From NCBI GenBank assembly GCA_047967505.1, contig CM106538.1: 64,000 nucleotides of DNA. One strand, written 5' to 3'. This document shows positions 26,065 through 36,233 of this stretch, piece by piece. The notes below the pieces were generated by a model. That model was not told where the DNA came from and ran no database searches. It saw only the letters and a list, made by a program, of their open reading frames with translations. The stretch comes from Dipteris shenzhenensis. Taxonomy: Eukaryota. Made by a program: the position numbers and the translations under genes. Position 1 is the stretch's first letter. Every line of letters starts with the position of its first letter.

Positions 26065-26173
26065 AGCCTAACGAGAAGTTTGGGTTTTTTTATCTATCAT
26101 TGAGCCACTTGTCACGGCAAGCAGCCTAGGGAGAAGATTGGGTTTTCTGATCTCTGGTTGAGCCACTTGTCAC
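26065..26173. repeat. Two-copy ~58-bp tandem duplication upstream of the ABCB start codon
   Basis: AGCCTA..GAGAAG.TTGGGTTTT...TTGAGCCACTTGTCAC at 26065-26115 and 26123-26173. Confidence 0.7.
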
Positions 26174-27174
26174 AATCGTGAACCTTGATTTTACGCCAAA
26201 AGTATGAGAAGTTTTTCATCGTATGGGAGAAAAGCATAAAAGTGTTTTTCTCATAAATAGTATTTTCTCTGTTTTGAACTAACGGTGGAGAGGTCTGCTC
26301 CTTGTAGTGTCTTGACCAACCTTGACAAGTTTGCGAGGTAAGATTTTAGGCCAATCTACGAGTGTTAGTTTTTGTAGTTGTTTCAGTATGGTTTTGAGGT
26401 TTCTTTGGTGTCGTTTGTCAATTTTCAGAGCCATCTTGTGCTCAAGGTGCTACAATCCTTTATATGTAAGGAAATTTTGACCCTCGTATATAGTAGATCC
26501 GAGCTAGCACTTGATACTCAGGATGGGAGTCAGAGAAGCAGCCGAGCTTCTATCTCCCTCTACACTCCCACCCCTTCTCCCTATATCTTGATCATCTCCT
26601 TTTCCCTCCCCCGCCTTGCCTCCACCACAATCATTGAACAGTTCCCTTGTCATGTGATACTTCTGCTGCCGTCTACATTTGCGTTTACAAAACGTGGCCT
26701 AGCTACTCCATGGAAGATCTGCTACACTAACTACACAATAGTATTAGATCTGTAGAAAAGTCTCACAACTTCAAGTTCGCAATTCTTAGGGGACTCACCA
26801 ATGGTGATTGGGTAAGTCCTCTTTGGTTTCCGTTGGCACCAAATGTGAGAGGAGGGTGTATTGAAACTGGTAGAATCTATGAATTGGGTGCAACAACAAC
26901 AATAAAAATAGGTAGAGGTGACTTTTTGTGTATGAGTGGGTAAGGCTTTATGACGTAGATGGCGCATTAAGGATGATGAAATTTTCGAAGGGAGAACCGT
27001 AGTCAAAAGTTATTGGTCTTAGTTAGTCAATCTCCACGGCGATTAAATGTCCTTGATACAATTGTGTATACGCTATGCAAGAGGAGGCAACAACCTGGAT
27101 TGATTGAAAGCTGATTGATGCAGGGATAAATTCTACAAAAGGTAACGATACACTTCCTTGGGAACTAGAATAGG

Positions 27175-27372
27175 ATCCCATTTTTTAGGGATTGAAAGGC
27201 ATAGAATGATGACATGTGCCTTGTTTCTACCTCCTAAATGCATGAAATGATGCCATGTGTCCTTGTCCCACCTAACCCATCTTTAGTTCGTTTTAATGTT
27301 AGCACATGATGTGAAGGGGATAGGGTAGAAACACATTTGAATATGGATGGGACCACTTTTCCATATTCCCAT
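27175..27372 (+). repeat. Dispersed ~200-bp repeat (MITE-like), copy 1; second copy at ~43150-43345
   Basis: Shared blocks TTTTTTAGGGATT, ACCTCCTAAA..CATGAAATGATGCCATGTGTCCT, GTTAGCA.ATG and GGGACCAC...TTCCCA appear in the same order in both copies. Confidence 0.7.
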
Positions 27373-28235
27373 TCCTCACATTTGCATGGATGTCCATAAG
27401 AATTTTAATGAAAATCTGTACTTACTCTTTCCAAAACCTCCAAGAATAAAAAGTTGTTGTGAGCTCTACTACAAGACTTAAATGCTTCAAAACACTGGTT
27501 ACTAAGTGTAAAACTTGTCAATTGCAAGGGTCTTGGTTCGCTATCACATACCCTGTCAATTAAGCAAGTTTGCTTGCTACATGGCCTTGAAAAGGCTCAT
27601 CAATCAACTACGCTTGTTTTGTAACATGTGGCTTAATTTAGAAGATCTGAGGTAGTGATCAAAGAGTGGTAGCAAATACCTTAGATACAACATTCTGTAC
27701 ATAATTAACCCCTTGCCAACCCACTATTGTTACATGTGACCCTTGTAAATTGCAAGGATTTTTTATTTGTTGTCACATATCATAGGAGCTAAATAAATTT
27801 GCTTGCTACATGACCTTAAAAAGGCTCAATCAACTACATATTTTTGCTAGTGTCTAGCTTAGCCCTTAAGGGTGGCTTCAATTTAGTGGATCCAAGGTAC
27901 GGATCACAAAGCCACAACAAATATTTCAAAGATGGATCATAGCCCACATTTGGTAGTATAGACATACTAAGTTAACCACTCCTTGCCACCCCAATATGTT
28001 TAACCATGCTTCAATTTTTCTACATAATACTCTAGATTTGACTCAAGCAACCAATTCTCTCATATTAATCAATGTATGAGCAATGTTATTAGGGTTTTAG
28101 TTTGTTGATTAAGAAAATAGAGACGAATGCCTATGTATGTCATATGGAGTGATTGGCAGAATATTACATTGTCTACTTGGGAGTTACATATAGTAGTTAT
28201 TTGAAATTGCAAGTTATTATGTTGTTTCATTACTT

Positions 28236-29860
28236 TGTTGACATGCCTAGTATATGAAAGTCTCTAACAATGATACATTTGGTATAATTGGTAATTGACC
28301 AAGAATCCATGATGGATTGTGTATCAATACTTGCCAAAGTATGACAACTTTTTTATTCAATGCATTTGTATAAGAAAACAATGCATCTGTGCTCAACAGA
28401 TAACAGGATCTCGTATGCAAGAGAGAAAAGCAGATAGTATGGAGAATCAAAATTTTGATTACTGTAAAACTGATACAATAGATGGTGCTGCCTCCTAGCC
28501 ATGCACTCCTGTGTGAGAAGCTTCGATGGCGTGCTGGAAACAGTGGAGGACAGAGGCTGGATGCTAAGGAATCAAGGTTGCTGTAGCCAATGATTCATAT
28601 GGGATTCAGTACGAGCTTGCTCTTATATAGCCACTAGTCATAGTCGGTTAGACCCAATTGGGAGACCGACCAAAACGGTTGATTGGAGGTCGGCGAAATA
28701 GGCCACCGACCACACATTAGAAACGTGGTGCAAAATAGAGCAACTAACGTACGGACTCTGTTCGGCCCCCATCTGGGATCTCATCTGGGGCTCCAAATGG
28801 GCCTCGCAACCTGAGAGTGGGCTGCGCCGGAAAATGCTCCATCTACCCTCAGTGCGGTCAGTCATGGGATGCCTTCCCACACTTGCATGTAGCCTAGTTG
28901 GCAGTGTGTCGACTCTATCTAAAGCTGTCCAGCCATTAGGCCACACATGGCCCCCATTTGGTGTCCAAACCAGGACCTACTGGATAACCGAGCTACTCAA
29001 ATGCCTTCTCCTCATATGGGGGGGCTTACAAGTAGAGTTAGTTGGTTCCCGCGTAGTTACATGAGAGTGGAGCATTGATATCTAGCACCCCCCCTCAATG
29101 TCCACCAGTAAGTGAACTACTTTTTCGGCCCAATGCCAAGTCAATGAAGATGCCTCTCCAGCAAGTCTCTTCCAAGAGCCTTCGTGAAGATGTCCGCAGC
29201 ATTCTCTGTAGTCGGACAGTACACCAAGTCGACCTCTCCATCCATGATGAGCTCGCGTACAAAAAGATATTGAATCTCAATGTGTTTTGTGCAAGCGTGG
29301 AACACAAGGTTCTTTGCAATTGCCATGTAACTCGGATTGTCACATGATAACTGCATAGGCTTGTTCTACACTGCACCGATGTCCCCTAAAATCCTCCTCA
29401 ACCACACTACCTCACAAGAAGCAAAACATGCTAATTTGTACTCAGCCTCGGTAGAAGAAAGAGCAACTGTAGGTTGCTTCTTGCTGACCCATGACACAGC
29501 TCCAGATCCAAGTGAGAAATAGTAACCTATCACTGATCTCCAGTAACCTGTCACTGATCTCCTACTATCCATGTCTCCTACCCAATCCGAGTCACTGAAT
29601 CTGATCAAGATGTTGCCCTTGGTATAGGTGATGCCATAATCAAGTGTGCCTTTGATGTATTTCAGCACCCGTATCCCTGCCCTCCAATGGTTCTCCCAGG
29701 GCTTATTGGAAAACATGCTTAGTACACCAGTCGCAAAGCTGATGTCCGGTCACGTGTTGCACAAGTAAATCAAACTGCCCACTAGCCTTTTGTGCTTCGC
29801 TTCATCCACTAGTAGTGATGAATCCTCATTTGAGAGCTTCACATCAACCTCCATTGGGGT
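28236..29860 (-). mobile_element. 3' part of a Ty1/copia element (RT C-terminus, RNaseH, PPT, 3' LTR); host of the P-like transposon
   Basis: RNaseH motifs FSDSDWVGDMDSRRSVTGY, VSWVSKKQPTVALSSTEAEY, HACTKHIEIQYLFVRE and ENAADIFTKAL. The PPT GAGGGGGGG precedes the LTR start TGCTAGA at 29087. The far end of the LTR (~28236) is uncertain. Confidence 0.88.
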
Positions 29861-30156
29861 CTCGGGGGGTCCATCTGGGAAATGTAAGTATACTATGAGA
29901 GTTCAAAATGAGGGGTATTTTAATTCTCAAGACTTACATAAATATATTTATAGCAGGGGTAATTTTATACACCATTTTTAAATTAACAGGTAGGGTGTGT
30001 TTATTCTCAGATTCAAATTAAAAGTTATTTTTTAAATATTGTCTGATCTAGGATGATGTTTAAGAGCAGTCACAATTTGTTGTTGGGTAGCTGAAAGTTT
30101 TAATGTCTGACTAGCCCCCACAGTTATAATAAGTAGATATTAGTATTGGATTCAGC

Positions 30157-30157
<1 letters not shown>

Positions 30158-30210
<53 letters not shown>

Positions 30211-30249
30211 ACACACACACGCACACACACATAGAGAGAGAGAGAGAGG
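30158..30249. repeat. (CA)n(GA)n compound microsatellite
   Basis: Direct reading. Confidence 0.95.
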
Positions 30250-31599
30250 ACTCAAATTGTATCTTTTAAGCTATGCTTTGAGATAGTGGAAATTTAGTAA
30301 CCTAATGTCAAGCTTTGCAAAGTGGATAAATTGTGTTTGAAAGAACATTTGAATGTGGAATGGGCTTAAGGAAAATTCTACTATAGGATGTTATTGCAAG
30401 CTTCTACTACATTGCGAGCATGTACAGTTTGAATATCCAAAAGTTCTCCCACTTATGTATCTTTTGGGCCCGACAAACTTGACCACTTTAAAGTGGAAAA
30501 AGAGTACCACCTTACCCTATATATAACCTTCTACATAACCTTTTCCTATATTTATAACCTTCTACATTTCAAATGATAAGAAGCACAAAAATTTGTTCAT
30601 ATAACATTGCTTTATGTTACACCACGAATGATTGTAATTACTTGTAAAGAAACATTGAGTTTCTAGTTTGATGGCATAGCCTCCCAGTTCAAAGAATGTA
30701 GACCTTTGTAGTTCACTATTCATGTCCATGTCTATTAGTCTCACTAGCTTGTGCATGATTTGGAACTTTCTTAGACCTGGACATGGCAAGGGAGAGCACG
30801 ATAGTGCAAGGGCCATTATAAATAGAATGCTGACTCATAAAAATATAAAGCAAGGTGGTGTAAAGCTATAACGTGCTAGTGATGTTGTGACATTCCTACA
30901 GGCTAGCATAAAATGTAGGCTCACACTTTATATCTCCTGAAAGACATATATTTTGAATGCTTTTTTTAGGAAGTTGAAGAACAAAATGGAGACAAAATGT
31001 GAATAGAGATGTCTTATGGAGCTATGATTCCATTCCTAACACTCTTTCCCTTCATTTTGTTAATGGGTACTCTTTAACACTTAGCACCACTTAGATCATG
31101 CTACTATAATGCATGCTTTCAAGGTATGTGGAAGATGTGTTCTAACAAAGCACCCCTTTCATGTTGGGAACATATCACACTAGTTCCATCAAGTGATTGT
31201 CATGTTTATGATCCTTCAATCAAAGATGCAACATATCAAGTTCACCATGATGTGTTGAGTGATGCTCTTGAAACTTGTGATGTTGTTGTGATCCTTCAAG
31301 CGATTATAATGTTGGTGATCCTTCAAAGTTCAAGCAAAGATATAGCATATGAAGTTCACTATAATACATTGATCAATGCTCTTGATATAGGCTCGACAAG
31401 TTTTTATGGTGAATGCTGAGGTTCAAAATATTGATGAGCATGCTAGTTCTTCTCCATCTAAAGTGCACTGCTATCAAGCATATGGCTAATCATATTTTGA
31501 AGAATGGATGGAATAATGTTATTGAACGAAATTCACTCTTTGAGAAAGGGTTATGCTACAAGAGCTAAGAGATTTGATGTTTGAATTGCTCGATCAAAA

Positions 31600-31985
31600 T
31601 CCTAAAGGACCTAGATACTCAAATCAATGGCATTTAATGCTATAAAGTTTTCGATGGAGATTGTTGAAGGTGATAGTGTAGTATTCAAGATTTTTGAAAT
31701 TGGATGTGAGGCTACATGGATGAGATAGTTTGTGACAAATCTTGGAGTATGCAGATTCGATGCTAGATCTTAGAGTAGATCCCGTGATGATATTTTTTGA
31801 TGATCAAATTTCCATTACATTGGAAAGAACCCAAGGATTCAACATCAAAACATTATGGAATTGGGATTGTTAACTATTTCTTGGAGAACACATTAGACCT
31901 ATTCCTAAAAGCCTTGCCTTGTGAGAATATTGAAACTTTCTTTGTATGATGTACACCATTGAGTGATGAGGGAGCGTTGATGGTT
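31600..31985 (+). mobile_element. Highly decayed copia RNaseH/PPT fragment inside the P-like element
   Basis: GCEATWMR*FVTNLGV and IFFDDQISITL remnants, followed by purine-rich GATGAGGGAGCG. Confidence 0.5.
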
Positions 31986-33227
31986 GGTCTTTCATGTGTA
32001 TGAACCAGTGCTAGAAAAAACCTCCCTTTAGTGTACTTTGCACCGGTTAAAATTGAAAAAAACTGGTATAAGTTGTGCCAAGTAGGTTATTTATAAGGGC
32101 TAAATTTAATGGCAAAATGTATTTTAAAGGTATTTGAAATATTAACCTTTAAAATTTAAGCTACAATTAAAGTTTCCTATAGAATACGTTAAGATTGCCT
32201 AGGGACTTTGAAAATTAGTAATATATGATAAAATATAAAAGAGATATATGTAATATTTAAAATAACTTAACACTAAAAAGTAGATTAATTTATAGGCGTA
32301 GATCTAATATCTTTGTAGTCGTAGATTAAGCCACCTTATCTTCTCTTAGGGTTTAGAAACTTCTAAGGCCTTTCTTGATTCTTGAACATTTCGTTGTTCA
32401 AGACAAGGCTCCATGTTCAATCCACAGACCCACTTCGTCGTTCGTATACAAAATCCTTGCACAAGTTTCGCTTTTCTGTGCATAGACGAGAATAGGCTGG
32501 CTGCAATGAACGAAATGATCAAAATTTCGTCCGTTCAGCACACAGCCTAGATGTGGAAATCCTTGCTTAACTTGTTGACTGACCGATTTCCCCCTTCTTT
32601 GCAGCCTTTTACGTCCCTTCGCAACCTCCTGATTCGTTTTCTTCGATAGACCTGAGTGCTAAGCCAAGCATCCCGAGTCCTTGGGATGAATTGGGAGTAT
32701 AGTTTCTATTCTAGCCGAAGCTTCCAATTCTAGCCGTTTCACAGTAAAGGTATACCAATTTGGGCAAATGATGGATAGGAAAGGGCAGTATCTAGGTGGA
32801 ATCATAAGGAGACAGAAGGATGGAGATAGCCAAGGAAGACAACTTAGATGTATGGAAAGGAAACCGATAAGGTAGCTAAAAGGGGAAAACAAACAGGTCT
32901 ACTTAATGTCCACACATGCTTGAAACACTTGCTTGGAATATTTTCTTGAAAGTGACATGATGAGACAAAATTTTAACTTTGGAGCTTCTATGAATTTGAT
33001 ATGCAAGAGTAGGAAGGTCCTCCAGAAGCTTGGAGGGCCTCCTCCAAGCCCGTCCTTCTTTTCAAATGCAATGATGACTTAAGCTACCACCTCATCTTTT
33101 GGAAGATGAGGATGATTGTTGGAGCATATAGCATGCAACAAATAATTTCATGTTTATATATGCCTATGCTTCTATGCCATTTATGCTTTATGCTTTAATA
33201 TTTCTATAGTCTTAGTATGTATTAAGC

Positions 33228-34406
33228 AATCAAGTCATGCAATGTATAGTATGTAAGCAATCTAGCCTCGGGAGCACTCCGGTCTCTTGACACGGTCTGC
33301 AATTCCCCTAGCAAAATGCTTATAGAATCAAGTCGTGCAATGTATAGTGTGTAAGCAATCTAGCCTCGGGAGCACTCTGGTCTCTTGACACGGTCTGCAA
33401 TTCCCCTGGATGAATGTTTACAGAATCAAGTCATGCAATGTATAGTATGTAAGCAATCTAGCCTCGGGAGCACTCCGGTCTCTTGACACGGTCTGCAATT
33501 CCCCTGGCAGAATGCTTAGAGAATCAAGTTCTGCAATGTATAGTATGTAAGCAATCTAGCCTCGGGAGCACTCCGGTCTTTTGACACGGTCTGCAATTCC
33601 CCTGGCAGAATGCTTATAGAATCAAGTCGTGCAATGTATAGTATGTAAGCAATCTAGCCTCGGGAGCACTCCGGTCTCTTGACACGGTCTGCAATTCCCC
33701 TGGCAAAATGCTTACAGAATCAAGTCGTGCAATGTATAGTATGTAGCAATCTAGCCTCGGGAGCACTCTTGACATAGTCTGCAATTCCCCTAGTAGAATG
33801 CTTATAGAATCAAGTCATGCAATATATAGTATGTAAGCAATCTAGCCTCGGGAGCACTCTGGTCTCTTGACACGGTCTGCAATTCCCCTGGATGAATGTT
33901 TACAGAATCAAGTCGTGCAATGTATAGTATGTAAGCAATCTAGCCTCGGGAGCACTCCGGTCTCTTGACACGGTCTGCAATTCCCCTGGCAGAATGCTTA
34001 CAGAATCAAGTCATGCAATGTGTAGTATGTAAGCAATCTAGCCTCAGGAGCACTCTGGTCTCTTGACACGGTCTGCAATTCCCCTGGCAAAATGCTTACA
34101 GAATCAAGTCGTGCAATGTATAGTATGTAGCAATCTAGTCTCGGGAGCACTCCCCGGTCTCTTGACACGGTCTGCAATCCCCCTAGTAGAATGCTTATAG
34201 AATCAAGTCATGCAATATATAGTATGTAAGCAATCTAGTCTCGGGAGCACTCCGGTCTCTTGACACGGTTTGCAATTCCCCTGGCAGAATGCTTAGAGAA
34301 TCAAGTCGTGCAATGTAAAGTATGTAAGCAATGTAACCTTGGGAGTACTCCGGTCTCTTGACACGGTCTGCAGTTCCCTTGGAAGAATGCTTAGAAAATC
34401 AAGTCA
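33228..34406 (+). repeat. Tandem array of 12 x ~98-bp units plus a ~10-bp partial unit
   Basis: Consensus AATCAAGTCGTGCAATGTATAGTATGTAAGCAATCTAGCCTCGGGAGCACTCCGGTCTCTTGACACGGTCTGCAATTCCCCTGGCAGAATGCTTACAG. Unit starts: 33228, 33326, 33424, 33522, 33620, 33718, 33808, 33906, 34004, 34102, 34201, 34299. Confidence 0.97.
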
Positions 34407-34458
34407 ATAATTGGAAATGCATCTACATGCTCACAAGAATCAAACCGTTTAGTTGTGT

Positions 34459-34492
34459 GAGAGAGAGAGAGGAAGGGATAGAGAGAGAGAGA

Positions 34493-34535
<43 letters not shown>
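34459..34535. repeat. (GA)n microsatellite
   Basis: Direct reading. Confidence 0.95.
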
Positions 34536-34538
<3 letters not shown>

Positions 34539-34614
34539 AATCTTACAAAAGCAATTAATTTTGTTTTATGTGCAGAAGGTAACATGGACAAGATGAAGAG
34601 TCATAAAAAAACAC

Positions 34615-35967
34615 GTGTTATATGAATATAGATTTAAGGAAGGAATGCGAAAAATATTCTCGAAGTGTCTTTGCATGAGCTTGTTATCAAAAACGCAGGA
34701 AGATTTGGAAAAGTATTTTAACTTAGGGGAAAGAGGGATGGATAAGCTTTGTGTGGATCTTTCCTCTGATGTCATTACCATGATGAAGAATGAAGATCCA
34801 CAATGGAATATGCAATATGAATTTCAAGATAATTTTTGTGTGAGTATTCGCATAGAACTAGGGAGAGTTAAAAGTGTTTATGAAAAGCGGACAAGCACAT
34901 TCAATCTCAGAGATACAAATAATAAAGAAGAGTTGATTGATTGGTTTTCCTTAAAGTGGAAGGCAGTTATGAGTTCAAAGAGGGAAGCATTCAATGCCAG
35001 TTCTTCAAAAGAATGTGTCAATCCCATAGGATTGAAAATGCCATCTTTGTTTTTTCTTGAGAAGCAACAGATTCATGTACAAGAGAAAGATTATGTGCTG
35101 GGTGAAGGCTCATATGGAAGAGTGGTGAAAGGTAACATCATTGGTGTAGACTGCTTTGATCCAAAAGAGACCTTTGCCATTAAGAAACTTAAGGTATCTC
35201 AAAAGCCAAGTGAAAGGGAAGAGAGAAGGTCCATGCGAGAGTTAATGGCAAATATGGAAACAATGCAAGCCCAATTACCTCATAAAGGACTTGTTCGCAT
35301 GATTGCTCGTGTGATAAATCCTCCAAGATTGGTATACCAGTATTGGAATGGGGAGACATTGGACAAATGGTCAAGGTTAAATGCTATGAACTCAGTCTAT
35401 GTGGGAGAGGAGCTAGACCATTTATCTCATGTTCATACTCATGCCGTAAATCTAGCTGGTACTTTGATGGGGACGTTAAAATACATGCATGGAAAAGACC
35501 TTTTGCATAATGACTTGCATCCTTCGAACATTATGCTTCACTTTGATAGTGAGTCTGATAAGGTCTTCATAGGAATTATCGATTGGGGATTAAGCAAGAG
35601 TGATAAATATGTCAATGATGGCAAGGATCGATGTGACCCTCAATTCAAAGAGCGATGCATGCGAAGAAAGTGGTTGGCTCCTGAGTTGTATACTTTTCCA
35701 TATGCAAAGTTTTCCAAGGAAACTGATATTTATGCTACAGCCTTTTCATTGGAAAAGTTGTATCGGCTAGCTTACAAGTACTTTGTTCACATCCAAGATA
35801 CAACTAAGTTAGATCACTTAAAGCATTGGTGGAAGAGAATAGAGGAAATGAGAAATCCTATTCCTAAAGCTAGACCTACTGCAACAGATGTACTCATACA
35901 TTTGAAGTTATATTCAAAGTCACATGTGAAAGTGCATTACGACATGATGCATTGTAACCTTTTGTAG
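34615..35967 (+). CDS. Intronless protein-kinase-domain ORF (~450 aa) carried inside the transposon
   Basis: Glycine loop LGEGSYGRV, FAIKKL (catalytic Lys), catalytic loop LLHNDLHPSNIML, IIDWGLSK, WLAPE, TDIYA and RPTA. The true start is uncertain: either ATG 34645, or ATG 34584 if the A7 run near 34605 carries a 1-nt insertion. Confidence 0.88.
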   Translation: MLYEYRFKEGMRKIFSKCLCMSLLSKTQEDLEKYFNLGERGMDKLCVDLSSDVITMMKNEDPQWNMQYEFQDNFCVSIRIELGRVKSVYEKRTSTFNLRDTNNKEELIDWFSLKWKAVMSSKREAFNASSSKECVNPIGLKMPSLFFLEKQQIHVQEKDYVLGEGSYGRVVKGNIIGVDCFDPKETFAIKKLKVSQKPSEREERRSMRELMANMETMQAQLPHKGLVRMIARVINPPRLVYQYWNGETLDKWSRLNAMNSVYVGEELDHLSHVHTHAVNLAGTLMGTLKYMHGKDLLHNDLHPSNIMLHFDSESDKVFIGIIDWGLSKSDKYVNDGKDRCDPQFKERCMRRKWLAPELYTFPYAKFSKETDIYATAFSLEKLYRLAYKYFVHIQDTTKLDHLKHWWKRIEEMRNPIPKARPTATDVLIHLKLYSKSHVKVHYDMMHCNLL

Positions 35968-36233
35968 CACTACAGTTTCTAAATAATATTCCAAAGATTG
36001 ATGGTTTTCTTTCTAGTACATGATCTATTTATGTATATAAAAAACATTTCAACTTTTTTGTTTTGATATAGTGTTTGTGAAATACTTTATTTTTCTCTCC
36101 TCTTAAGCTAGAATATTGATCTTCAGTAAATATCATTAGTGATTTAGACTATGGCATACCATTTAGAATTTAAAAGTTATGAGTTTATTTATATTTTTCT
36201 CTTATTTTGATTAGGTATACTATTGATCATATC

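Noticed and set aside
20190-26066. Numerous + strand ORFs over the ABCB gene
   Set aside because: They are antisense shadows of GC-rich coding exons and have no recognisable motifs.
30250-30820. Possible third cargo gene near the left end of the P-like element
   Set aside because: Only short ORFs with frequent stops and no recognisable motif.
33228-34406. Regularly spaced array as a CRISPR locus
   Set aside because: The units are similar along their whole 98 bp with no unique spacers, there are no cas genes, and the context is eukaryotic.
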